Shown here piece after piece: positions 8,744 through 17,624 of a DNA stretch of 59,746 bases. Origin of the DNA: Microgenomates group bacterium Gr01-1014_16. Its GTDB lineage: Bacteria > Patescibacteriota > Microgenomatia > CAZETR01 > Amesbacteraceae. The DNA lies in assembly GCA_007376345.1 (NCBI GenBank), contig VMGA01000001.1, positions 1 through 59,746 on the forward strand, written 5' to 3'. The first letter of the stretch is position 1, and each line of letters opens with the position of its first letter. The notes beneath the pieces are model-generated. The model ran no database searches and was not told the DNA's origin. It was given only the letters and a program-made list of their open reading frames with translations. Position numbers and translations under genes: made by a program.

Positions 8744-9076
8744 CTAATATGTGACTATACTGCGATTAAAGCGCAAGTCAATCCGGCTGGGTGTCCGGCC
8801 GGTGACGCGGCTGCGGTCTAAAATAGCAGTCAGTGAAGAATACCAATTATCGGGCGATTTTTCTATATCTAAAATAACTTCCGACCCTGAGGCGAGATAA
8901 ATTGTTAGAGTTTTGTTATCAAGTTTTGCTGATGATGCCTGGTTTCCCAGCCGGGAAAAAAAGCGCTGGGTCGGATGAGTAGACGGAACAGCAGTGGCAG
9001 CTTGCGAAGGAACAGTGCGATAACGATAGAGCAGGAGAAGGCTAAAGATGGCAATAGGAAGTATGACTTTCCTCAT
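8744..9076 (-). CDS. Minimal FtsQ/DivIB-like protein
   Basis: Lies between murG and ftsA; N-terminal TM helix; C-terminal RIDLRF motif. Confidence 0.6.
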   Translation of the reverse strand: MRKVILPIAIFSLLLLYRYRTVPSQAATAVPSTHPTQRFFSRLGNQASSAKLDNKTLTIYLASGSEVILDIEKSPDNWYSSLTAILDRSRVTGRTPSRIDLRFNRSIVTY

Positions 9077-10092
9077 GTAAATTGCTCTTTAATTAATTGA
9101 AGTAGGTTTTTTGTTCCGTCGAGCGGTAGGTTTAATGGTACGGGGTGGAGTGCTAATGCCGATTTGATTGAAGAAACGAGGGTTGACGGGGATAATAGGT
9201 TCTGGGGCAAAATTATCGCTTGGGACGAAAGCGCTTGGGCGTTTTTGAGTTGTTCGTTGTGTGAGACCCAGGGAATAGGTATAAGAACACATCTCTTGCT
9301 TAGAACGCCTAACTCGTAAGTGATGTGGGCTCCGGCTCGGCTGATCACAACGGCTGCCTCTTTGATAGAATTTATGGCTTTGGCTGAATCGTAATCAAAT
9401 GTTTCATAGTTAGCATGTTTTATGGATCGGGCAATTTTTATGTCCCTGAATCCGGTTTGGTGAATAACTTGATATTTTTTTAACAATTTCGGAAGCGCCG
9501 AAAAAACGGCTTTATTAATAACATGAGAACCGTTTTTCCCCCCCGTGATGTAAATGAGGTTTCGGGTTTGGGATTTTGAAGCAGTTATAATCTCCGGCCT
9601 AATCGGCAAGCCTGTAACAATCGTTTTGTCTTTGGGATAGTACCGGATACTTTCAGGCCATGATACAGCAATTTTTTTAACAAAATAGGATATGAGTTTA
9701 TTGGCTAGCCCCGCGACTACGGTTTGTTCATGAGTAATGCTGGGAATTCCTAAAAGCCAACCGGAAATTACGGTGGGGACGGCCAGATAGCCCCCGAAGG
9801 AAACGATGCCGTCGGGACGGTGTAGCAGTAACAGTAACAGTGACTGGAGGAAGCCGACGGGGATGAGAATCAATTTCAGTGGATTATAGGTGCGATAGAA
9901 TTTGCCGGCGTAGAGATTACAAAATTTGAAGCCGGCGGCGGTAACTTCACGATATTCGGCCGAATCGGAAGAATCGCCCCACAGGGAATGGCGATGGCCG
10001 AACCAGATAATTTGCCAGTCTTCTTTTTGCAAAGCAATGGCTACTTCCAGGGCGCTAGTGTGATGGCCTCCGGTAAAAACTAGTTTTTTCAT
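9073..10092 (-). CDS. murG: Lipid II GlcNAc transferase MurG
   Basis: TGGH, FGGYLAVP, HEQT..GLAN, TGLPIR, ISRAGA, EQLKNA. Confidence 0.92.
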   Translation of the reverse strand: MKKLVFTGGHHTSALEVAIALQKEDWQIIWFGHRHSLWGDSSDSAEYREVTAAGFKFCNLYAGKFYRTYNPLKLILIPVGFLQSLLLLLLHRPDGIVSFGGYLAVPTVISGWLLGIPSITHEQTVVAGLANKLISYFVKKIAVSWPESIRYYPKDKTIVTGLPIRPEIITASKSQTRNLIYITGGKNGSHVINKAVFSALPKLLKKYQVIHQTGFRDIKIARSIKHANYETFDYDSAKAINSIKEAAVVISRAGAHITYELGVLSKRCVLIPIPWVSHNEQLKNAQALSSQAIILPQNLLSPSTLVSSIKSALALHPVPLNLPLDGTKNLLQLIKEQFT

Positions 10093-11146
10093 GGCGGGAA
10101 ATACTGATGAGGATACCTGAAGCTAGCAAAAGGACGACCAGGGAAGAACCGCCATATGAAACAAGGGGGAGCGGGACGCCGGTTAAGGGGGTGAGGGCAA
10201 CTTGGGAGGAAAGGTTGAGAAATGTTTGGATACCGAGCCAAGAGGAGATACCGGCAGCCAGATTGCGGGTAAACGGCGACGGAGCGGCGGCGGAAGCTTG
10301 AAACCCGAGATGGATAAGCAGCCAAAAAGCGGATAACACCAGCAGGGTGCCGAGCAAGCCAAATTCTTCCCCGATGACGGCAAAAATCGAGTCGGTGGTG
10401 ACTTCGGGCAAAAATTCGTATTTTTGACGAGACTGACCCAGCCCGCGGCCGAACAAGCCCCCTGAACCCAAACTAATGAGGGCCTGTCGAACCTGATAGG
10501 AAGAACCTAAGGGATCGTGACTGGAATCAAAATAAGTTCTCAAGCGGGCTAATCTATAAGGTGAGATGATTATAAACAGGGTTAGACAGGCAATAGCAAG
10601 GGGGACTAGGCCGAAAAAATGGAGCCACCGGCCACCGGCTACGAAATAAACCGCCAGGCCAATGCCAGCGAGAATGAGGGCCGTTCCCAAATCGGGCTGG
10701 AACAAAATGAGCCCGACTGGAAGAGCGAGGAGAACAAGAAATTGGAGAAACCGGGAGGCGGGCGGTGCCTTAAGAAAAGCTGACAAATACATGATGAGAG
10801 AGAGTTTGGCCAGCTCTGCCGGTTGAAAGGAAAACAAACCAAGATCCAACCAGCGACGGGCACCTAAAAGCTTGAGTCCTATGCCAGGAATGAGAACCAC
10901 CAGAAGTAGAATTAAACTGGTTATATAAAGGAAAGGAGCCGGTTTTTCCCAATACGATGGGTTGATCTTGGAAACAATGACCAGTCCCACCAGACCGAGC
11001 GCGGTCCAGACAGATTGGAGCTTGAGATAAAACCAACGGTCGGAAAAGTCGCGTTGAGCGGTGACGACCGAGGAACTAGCGACCATAATCAGGCCAAAAA
11101 TGGCTAAGCTGACGATCAGGACTACCAGAAGTCTTACGCTAGCCAT
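10055..11146 (-). CDS. ftsW: SEDS protein FtsW
   Basis: GARRW, QPAE, QPDLGT, GLGQSRQK, LPE..TDSIF, SYGGSS; dcw position. Start reassigned to MASVRL. Confidence 0.92.
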   Translation of the reverse strand: MASVRLLVVLIVSLAIFGLIMVASSSVVTAQRDFSDRWFYLKLQSVWTALGLVGLVIVSKINPSYWEKPAPFLYITSLILLLVVLIPGIGLKLLGARRWLDLGLFSFQPAELAKLSLIMYLSAFLKAPPASRFLQFLVLLALPVGLILFQPDLGTALILAGIGLAVYFVAGGRWLHFFGLVPLAIACLTLFIIISPYRLARLRTYFDSSHDPLGSSYQVRQALISLGSGGLFGRGLGQSRQKYEFLPEVTTDSIFAVIGEEFGLLGTLLVLSAFWLLIHLGFQASAAAPSPFTRNLAAGISSWLGIQTFLNLSSQVALTPLTGVPLPLVSYGGSSLVVLLLASGILISISRHEKTSFYRRPSH

Positions 11147-12165
11147 AAACCTAATATTGAGAGAATAACTCCGATAAGCCAGGCCCGTTGGACTATTTTT
11201 GGTTCCGGCCAACCGCGTATCTGAAGCAGGTGATGCAGCGGCGCAATGTGGAATAACCGACGGTGGAGAAGCCTAAGAGAAAGCGATTGCAGAAGCGAGG
11301 ATGACAGATCCAGAACAAAAAGTCCGCCGATGACAAAAAGTACGACTGGTTTGCCTAAAAGCAATGAAATAACAGCGAGAGTGGAACCAAAGGAGATGGC
11401 CCCGGCGTTACCTAGCCACAAACGGGCGGGAAAAATGTTGAAGTATAAGAAGGCTAATAGCGAGCCAAGCCAAAGGGCAATAAACACCGAAAGCGGAGTA
11501 TCCAGGGAGGCAACGGAAATGACCCAGAACGCAAGCAGGCAAATAAGCAATAAACCGGAGGCGAGGCCATCCAGGCCATCCGTATAATCAAAGGCGGTCG
11601 TAAAAAAAAATATGATGAGCGCGGAGACCGGGACATACCACCAACCAAGATGCCAAATCCCGACCACGGGCAAATTGAGGGCGGTGATGTGTAAGTTTTG
11701 GAACAACAACAGACCACAAAATAAAGACAGGATAAATTTCAGAAGCTGTTTGGAAGACTTCGGAATTATGGGGATTGAATCTTGGGACGAGGGAAAAATT
11801 TTGCGCAGATCGTCGTAAAGGCCGATTAAACCAAAAGAAATAAAGGTAAAAAAAACGATGTTCAGCTCTTCTTTGAGGGGAAAATTGCTGGAAATGTATA
11901 CGCCGCTTTTCGAGAGAAGAGGAAATAATAATAAATAGAGTAGGCTGACTAAAAAAATCATTAATATTCCTCCCCCAACCGGAGTGCCGGCTTTCCAAAT
12001 GTGGAGAGAGTGCAAGGCTGTGGAAGCCGGAGAAGATTCACGGGTTAGTCCGGAAGTATCAGAACGATGGGTGATACGAAGCCGGTAAAGCAGATCAATA
12101 AAAGGCACAATGGCCAAAGCGGTGATTATGAATGAAAAGAGAAGAAGTCCGAGATACAAGGCCAT
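11134..12165 (-). CDS. mraY: MraY-family phospho-MurNAc-pentapeptide transferase, divergent active site
   Basis: KAGTP.GGG, GLYDD, TDGLDGL, PARLWLGNAG, APLHH, GWPEPKIV; dcw position. Confidence 0.85.
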   Translation of the reverse strand: MALYLGLLLFSFIITALAIVPFIDLLYRLRITHRSDTSGLTRESSPASTALHSLHIWKAGTPVGGGILMIFLVSLLYLLLFPLLSKSGVYISSNFPLKEELNIVFFTFISFGLIGLYDDLRKIFPSSQDSIPIIPKSSKQLLKFILSLFCGLLLFQNLHITALNLPVVGIWHLGWWYVPVSALIIFFFTTAFDYTDGLDGLASGLLLICLLAFWVISVASLDTPLSVFIALWLGSLLAFLYFNIFPARLWLGNAGAISFGSTLAVISLLLGKPVVLFVIGGLFVLDLSSSLLQSLSLRLLHRRLFHIAPLHHLLQIRGWPEPKIVQRAWLIGVILSILGLWLA

Positions 12166-12177
12166 AATATTCAATGT

Positions 12178-12540
12178 TCAATATTCAATGTTCAATAACT
12201 TGGGAATAAATATTATCAGGGCGATGATAACGGCGCCGATGGCGTAGACCAACATGGCAGCAGCGGATACATCTTTGGCTATTTTGGCTTTAGAGTGGAA
12301 TTGGTCAGTAATTAGATCAACGGTTGACTCTATGGCCGTGTTGATTAACTCAATTACTAACCCAAAACTAATTGTGACGGCTAAAATCAGCCACTCGGGA
12401 GTGGAAATTTGATAAGAGTATCCAGCTACAATAGCGACAGCGGAAAGAAGCAAGTGAATGGCGAAGTTGGGTTGGGTAGTTAAAGCATAAAACAGTCCGG
12501 CGAGGGCGTGATAGAAAGAAACAGTGTGGCGGCGAAGCAT
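12178..12540 (-). CDS. dgkA: Undecaprenol/diacylglycerol kinase (DgkA family)
   Basis: SF.HA..GL, ELINTAIE..VD, AKIAKDVSAAA. Confidence 0.9.
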   Translation of the reverse strand: MLRRHTVSFYHALAGLFYALTTQPNFAIHLLLSAVAIVAGYSYQISTPEWLILAVTISFGLVIELINTAIESTVDLITDQFHSKAKIAKDVSAAAMLVYAIGAVIIALIIFIPKLLNIEY

Positions 12541-12555
12541 GAGATGATTATATCC

Positions 12556-14223
12556 CTAGTTTGTCGGGGGAATCCCGTAGTAAGCAAATAACTGACGGGC
12601 GATTGAAAACCAGATAGGGGCGGCCGTGGTACTGCCCCATTGAGACGGCGTAGGATCGTCAAGGGTGACTAACATAACGAATTTGGGATTATCGGCCGGA
12701 GCAAAGCCAATAAACGAGGAAATGACTTTGGTGGGATCGTAATGACCGGAGATGGGAACCTGAGCTGTCCCGGTTTTTCCGGCAATTTGAAAACCCGGGG
12801 GCTTGTAATACCGAACTTCGCCACGATTGACACCGTTGACCATCATTTGCGTGACAAGGGCTGCAGATTTGGCAGAAATTATCCTGGTAGGCGGGGTGGG
12901 AGAAAATGGCTCGATTCGGCCATTAATTAATTGGCCGGATCCAATTCTGGGGGAGACTAATTTTCCGCCGTTGGCAATTACCGATACCGCCCGCAAGAGT
13001 TGAAGGCGAGTAATAGCAATGCCCTGGCCAAAGCCCAGGGTGGCCCAATCGATTTCACGCCACTGATCATCGGGGCGGAGCGGAGGGCTGGATTCTTCCT
13101 GCAAGTCTATTCCCGTCGGGCTACCGAATCCAAAACGGCGAATATAGTCTAACAACTGAGACCTGCCTAACTTGCGGCTGACAAAGACCATGCCGACGTT
13201 GTCGGAGTGGAGAATGACATCGAACATATCCGATCCGGGGTAATACTTGTCATTGTAACTTCTGACGGTGGCATCGCCGATAGTTACCGGACCGGAGCAG
13301 GTCGCGCAAATCGTCTGTGGAGTCACGACCCCTGAATCCAACGCGGCTGCCATGACGATGGCTTTGAAAGTGCTGCCCGGCTCGTAACTGTCGGCAACCA
13401 AGGGGTTGGGATAGTCGCTTTGAGAATATTTGGAAAAGGCGGCTGGATCATAGCCGGGGATGGAAACCAGACCCAAAACTTGGCCAGTAAAAGGTTCTAA
13501 TACGGCAATACTTCCGCCCCGGGCATTATATTTGGCAAGCCCATCGCTAAGTGCTTGATAGATAATATGTTGAACTGTCCGGTCAATAGAGGTTTTGATG
13601 CTATGCCCTGATTGGGGAAGAATGCGAAAATTTTTTCCAAAGATGATCGGACGGTTAAAAGCGTCGTGTTCCTGGAGGAGTCGGCCGGGCCGTCCGGAAA
13701 GAAGCCGGTCGTAAAAACCTTCCAGACCAAAATACCCCTGTGGCAAGCCGGATTGATTTTGGGCGACGAAACCCAGAAGATACGCGCTGGCGGTTCCTTC
13801 GGGATAAGTCCGGCCGGGTTCCGGCTCAAAACCCAAACCGGAAATGTGCCTGGACTCAATTTCTTCTTTAACCGACTGGGGCACTTGGTGGGAGAGTACG
13901 TACCAGGATAAGCTGGAATCCAGGGCCGTCTGTAACCGGGCTTTAGCGCTGTCGGAGGAAGGCAGGGAAGCAAGAAAATCGGTGGACGAAAGTTTTTGCG
14001 GGTCGATATAGAGAAGATAATTTTCTACGCTGGTGGCGAGAGGGAACAGGTCCGAGGCCAGGATATCTCCCCGAGGACTAGGAATATCAAACCAGGTGAG
14101 TTGCTGTTGGTCGGCCTGGGCCTTGAGGGAAGAGGCTTGAAACACTTGCCAATAAATTAACCTGCAGGCTATACCCAGACCGCCCAACCAGAAAACAAAT
14201 TTAAGAAGGCGGATCCGGCTCAT
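12556..14223 (-). CDS. ftsI: Class B penicillin-binding protein (FtsI-like)
   Basis: PRGDI, R.YPEG, EPGSTFK (SxxK), SDN, KTGTAQ; dcw position. Confidence 0.88.
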   Translation of the reverse strand: MSRIRLLKFVFWLGGLGIACRLIYWQVFQASSLKAQADQQQLTWFDIPSPRGDILASDLFPLATSVENYLLYIDPQKLSSTDFLASLPSSDSAKARLQTALDSSLSWYVLSHQVPQSVKEEIESRHISGLGFEPEPGRTYPEGTASAYLLGFVAQNQSGLPQGYFGLEGFYDRLLSGRPGRLLQEHDAFNRPIIFGKNFRILPQSGHSIKTSIDRTVQHIIYQALSDGLAKYNARGGSIAVLEPFTGQVLGLVSIPGYDPAAFSKYSQSDYPNPLVADSYEPGSTFKAIVMAAALDSGVVTPQTICATCSGPVTIGDATVRSYNDKYYPGSDMFDVILHSDNVGMVFVSRKLGRSQLLDYIRRFGFGSPTGIDLQEESSPPLRPDDQWREIDWATLGFGQGIAITRLQLLRAVSVIANGGKLVSPRIGSGQLINGRIEPFSPTPPTRIISAKSAALVTQMMVNGVNRGEVRYYKPPGFQIAGKTGTAQVPISGHYDPTKVISSFIGFAPADNPKFVMLVTLDDPTPSQWGSTTAAPIWFSIARQLFAYYGIPPTN

Positions 14224-14489
14224 GGCGCCATGGCGGTGGACAGGGGAGACAGAACGGTGGCGTTTGTGTGAATAAAATTAAGTCCGGCTGCCGAAGCTTG
14301 AATCGAGGCCAAAGACGATTTGCCCCAAATTGCCAATTGCAGCTGGGAGTTTTGAGATTTGATTTCGGAAACTTGCGAGGAAACACCACTTATTTCCCGA
14401 CCGGCGGCAGAATAAGCCGAGGTGAGCAAAAACTGGGCGCCCAAAAGGGCAAGATTTATAAAAATGATGGCAAGTTTAAGTTTTGACAT
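14220..14489 (-). CDS. FtsL-like protein
   Basis: TM helix plus coiled coil, between rsmH and ftsI; ends ...ASAAGLNF. Confidence 0.6.
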   Translation of the reverse strand: MSKLKLAIIFINLALLGAQFLLTSAYSAAGREISGVSSQVSEIKSQNSQLQLAIWGKSSLASIQASAAGLNFIHTNATVLSPLSTAMAP

Positions 14490-15273
14490 ATACACGAAGC
14501 TTGGCGTTTTTTTCACCTGACAAATATTTAATTAATTTATCTTTGGAAAATTGTTGTTTGACGAGACGATCTTCTAATGAGTGAAAGCTAATGACGACTA
14601 ATCTACCGCCTGGCTCAAGCAGATCATAGGCTTGGGGCAAAACCGATTTGAGAGCTCCCAGCTCGTCATTTACGGCAATGCGCAAGGCCTGGAAAGCTTG
14701 TTGAGACCATTTGCCAGTTGTTCTGGCAAACTCAAATGTGGTGCTAAACGGCCGGTTTTCAACAATTTTGCGGGCTAGATACTTTGAGACCGGTATTTCA
14801 CCGTACGATTTGAGTAAATGGTTTAATTGTTGAATTGTTAATTTGTTAACTAAATCCGCGGCGGTGTTAGATAGAGAAGGATCCATGCGCATGTCCAGAG
14901 GTCCGTCTTTTTGAAAAGAGAAGCCCCGGGAATCTGTGAAAATCTGATGTTCGGACACTCCCAGATCGATGAGCACGCCTGAAACTGGGTTAAATCCGTA
15001 TTGATTTGCAACTTCGGTTAGGTGGATGAAATTTGAATGGACTATAACAAGATCAGGCCCCCCTTCGCCTAAAGGCTTCGGAGGGGCAAGGCAGGCAAGT
15101 GATTCTGTTATAGCGTCAGGGTCTTGGTCCATGGCCAGGACATTTCCACCTTGTTTGAGAATTTCGAGTGTATGGCCGCCACCACCTAAAGTACAATCAA
15201 TATATTTTTTGCCGGGGCAAACGGCTAAAAACGCGACAGCTTCTTGTAAAAGTACAGGGTTATGATATGTCAA
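14476..15273 (-). CDS. rsmH: 16S rRNA C1402 methyltransferase
   Basis: HNPVLLQE, DCTLGGGGH, DLGVS, GPLDMRM, FQALRIAVNDEL, ISFHSLEDR. Confidence 0.95.
   Translation of the reverse strand: MTYHNPVLLQEAVAFLAVCPGKKYIDCTLGGGGHTLEILKQGGNVLAMDQDPDAITESLACLAPPKPLGEGGPDLVIVHSNFIHLTEVANQYGFNPVSGVLIDLGVSEHQIFTDSRGFSFQKDGPLDMRMDPSLSNTAADLVNKLTIQQLNHLLKSYGEIPVSKYLARKIVENRPFSTTFEFARTTGKWSQQAFQALRIAVNDELGALKSVLPQAYDLLEPGGRLVVISFHSLEDRLVKQQFSKDKLIKYLSGEKNAKLRVYVKT
15057..15093. repeat. Palindromic element in frame inside rsmH
   Basis: GCCCCCCTTCGCCTAAAGGCTTCGGAGGGGCAA; related to the intergenic copy at 15829-15858. Confidence 0.7.
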
Positions 15274-15685
15274 GTTTTTCGGCTATAGCCTCTCTTTTGG
15301 CATTAACTTGCGAGGTATAGCTGGCAAACTTGGTTTTGTCCCAGATTTCGATTCTGTCTATGGCCCCAGCGACAACGCAGATTTCGCTGATGCCAGCAAA
15401 ATTGCGCAGAAAGTCCGGAACCAGTATTCGGCCAAGAGAATCGATTTCGACCTCTGTAGCCCCGTAGGACAGGGCGCGGGTGAATCCCCGGGCGTCCGTC
15501 CTGGTTAGAGGCAGTTGGGACAATTTGTAAATGAGCTGTTCCCAGGCGGCTTTAGGATAGAGAAATATACATCCGTCCAAGCCTTGGGCTAGGACGGCTC
15601 CATCGTCAAGTTGGGAACGGAATTTTTTCGGTATTGAGAGACGACCCTTGGCTTCGAGTGAGTGTTCATATTGGCCGATAAACAT
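15260..15685 (-). CDS. mraZ: Transcriptional regulator MraZ
   Basis: MFIGQYEHSLEAKGRLSIP, DSLGRILVP, IEIWD. Confidence 0.95.
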   Translation of the reverse strand: MFIGQYEHSLEAKGRLSIPKKFRSQLDDGAVLAQGLDGCIFLYPKAAWEQLIYKLSQLPLTRTDARGFTRALSYGATEVEIDSLGRILVPDFLRNFAGISEICVVAGAIDRIEIWDKTKFASYTSQVNAKREAIAEKLDIS

Positions 15686-15698
15686 AAGTCATAATTTA

Positions 15699-15722
15699 CC
15701 ACTTTTTACCACTTGATGCCAC
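15699..15722 (-). promoter_or_regulatory. MraZ-binding repeats
   Basis: Three GTGG boxes at exact 10-nt spacing (plus-strand CCAC at 15699, 15709, 15719) just upstream of mraZ. Confidence 0.8.
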
Positions 15723-15749
15723 TATAGACGCGTTGACATACTTTGTCAA
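15721..15749 (-). promoter_or_regulatory. Sigma70 promoter of the dcw operon
   Basis: TTGACA (15749-15744), 17-nt spacer, TATAGT (15726-15721). Confidence 0.8.
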
Positions 15750-15756
15750 CGCGAAT

Positions 15757-15804
15757 ATATGCCGAAACCGGCTCGATCCTCGAGCCGAAAAAGTTTTGGC
15801 ATAT
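15757..15804. repeat. Long hairpin element
   Basis: ATATGCCGAAAC-CGGCTCGA-TCC-TCGAGCCG-AAAAA-GTTTTGGCATAT. Confidence 0.7.
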
Positions 15805-15828
15805 GATATGTTTTCACGAAGATGTCAA

Positions 15829-15858
15829 GCCCCCTTCGCTGAAGCTTCGGCGGGCCAA
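15829..15858. repeat. Small palindromic element (intergenic copy)
   Basis: GCCCCCTTCGCTGAAGCTTCGGCGGGCCAA. Confidence 0.7.
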
Positions 15859-15874
15859 AGGACAATAAGGTAGA

Positions 15875-16357
15875 TTAGAGGTTGATGGAAGTTCCGGGGG
15901 AGACTGTGAAGGGAAGAGTGGCGTTGTAGACGCTGCGGCCGGCGGAGTCACGCAAAGCTAGTTCCATGACGGCGTTGTCTATTTTGGTGTGATAGGTGAA
16001 CTTGCCGGAAGATTCGGAGCCTAGAAGTTGTTTATAGGAATAATCGGTCTGGCCGTCGAGTTTGGCGGAGGCATTCACACCGGTTTGGATTTTATTGCCT
16101 TTGACTGTGGCATCGTAAATGAGATTGTACTCCAATTGGTCAGATTTGATATTGGTGATATTGACTGTGACGTAATGAGCGTCGGAGCTGAAGTCCAGAC
16201 GAGCTTTGGGGTATTGGTCGGGGGTGAGTTGTTCGGCGATGCCGGGGATAGGAGTAGTTGTTGGTTGTTGGTTGTTGGTTGTTGGTTTGCGAAATAGAAA
16301 AAACCCGCCAAGAATTAAAACAAGAACAACAGTACCAACGATTATTTTTTTCTGCAC
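15875..16357 (-). CDS. Hypothetical membrane-anchored/secreted protein
   Basis: N-terminal TM helix, low-complexity linker encoded by (GTTGTTG)4, beta-rich domain. Confidence 0.8.
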   Translation of the reverse strand: MQKKIIVGTVVLVLILGGFFLFRKPTTNNQQPTTTPIPGIAEQLTPDQYPKARLDFSSDAHYVTVNITNIKSDQLEYNLIYDATVKGNKIQTGVNASAKLDGQTDYSYKQLLGSESSGKFTYHTKIDNAVMELALRDSAGRSVYNATLPFTVSPGTSINL

Positions 16358-16360
16358 GAC

Positions 16361-17620
16361 TTAGTTTAACTTCGAAGCAAAGAAAGAGTCAAGTTGGGAG
16401 ACGGAAACACGCTCCTGCTGAGCTGTATCTCGATCACGGACGGTCACTGTATCGTCCTCTAATGTCTGATAATCAACAGTGACGCACCAGGGGGTGCCGA
16501 TTTCATCCTGGGCATAATATCTTTTGCCGATGTTGCCGCGATCATCGAAAGTAACAGTAAGTGTAACTGTAACAGATTTAAGATTTTTATAAATTTCCTT
16601 AGCCTTATTTACTAAGTTTTCTTTATTGGCGACCAAGGGAAATACGGCAACTTTGTATGGGGCGAGTTTGGGGTGGAGCTTCAAAACCACCCTGTCTCCC
16701 ACTTCGGAATAGGAGTCAAGTAAAAAGAATAGTGTTGCCCGATCTACTCCGCCCGAAGTTTCAATAACCCAGGGCGTGTAATCTTTGTATGTTAGTTTGT
16801 GCCGGGACAGATCCCAGTCGCCGCGATGATGAATACCTTCAAATTCTTTCCAGCCGAAAGGCGAATTGTACTCAATGTCCTCTGCTTTTCTAGCATAGTG
16901 AGCTCGCTCATCTAAAGAGTGCTCTCGAAAACGCAAATTTTCTTTTTTAATACCTAATTTCTCATACCATTCAATACGCATTTGACGCCAATAGAGAAAC
17001 CATCGTTCGGCTTCGTTTTCGTCTGGTTTCACAAAAAATTCCAATTCCATTTGTTCAAACTCGCGACTTCTGAATGTGAAATTGCCCGGAGTAATTTCGT
17101 TTCTAAATGCTTTGCCGATTTGGGCTATGCCGAAGGGGATTTCTACACGAGAAGAGTCAACAACATTTTTAAAGTTTACAAATACGCCTTGGGTAATTTC
17201 GCCACGCAAATAGGTTTTTGTTTTAGGTTCGGTTGAGCCCAGATAAACCTCGGTCAAGAGATTAAAAATTTTTGGTTCTGTAAGCTGCCCATCACAATCG
17301 GGGCATTGACTGCCGACTAGTTGATCGGCACGGAAGCGATGATGACAAGATTTACATTCGACGAGGGGGTCGGTAAAGGCTTGGGTGTGGCCGGAGGCTT
17401 CCCAAACAGTTGGGTTCATGATGATGGCGGCGTCCAGACCTACCACGTCATTCCTTTGGTAAACCATCGATTTCCACCATTCTTTTTTGATATTGTTTTT
17501 AAGCTCTACTCCTAGTGGACCATAATCCCAAAACCCCTGCAATCCTCCATAAATTTCGGAGCCGGGGTAGATAAATCCTCTTCTTTTACACAAACTGACA
17601 ATCTTTTCCATTAGATCCAT
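16361..17620 (-). CDS. glyQS: Glycine--tRNA ligase, alpha2 type
   Basis: CKRRGF, IYGG, DYGPLG, FRNEITP, REFEQME, IGKRY...DEIGTP. Confidence 0.95.
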   Translation of the reverse strand: MDLMEKIVSLCKRRGFIYPGSEIYGGLQGFWDYGPLGVELKNNIKKEWWKSMVYQRNDVVGLDAAIIMNPTVWEASGHTQAFTDPLVECKSCHHRFRADQLVGSQCPDCDGQLTEPKIFNLLTEVYLGSTEPKTKTYLRGEITQGVFVNFKNVVDSSRVEIPFGIAQIGKAFRNEITPGNFTFRSREFEQMELEFFVKPDENEAERWFLYWRQMRIEWYEKLGIKKENLRFREHSLDERAHYARKAEDIEYNSPFGWKEFEGIHHRGDWDLSRHKLTYKDYTPWVIETSGGVDRATLFFLLDSYSEVGDRVVLKLHPKLAPYKVAVFPLVANKENLVNKAKEIYKNLKSVTVTLTVTFDDRGNIGKRYYAQDEIGTPWCVTVDYQTLEDDTVTVRDRDTAQQERVSVSQLDSFFASKLN

Positions 17621-17624
17621 GTTG

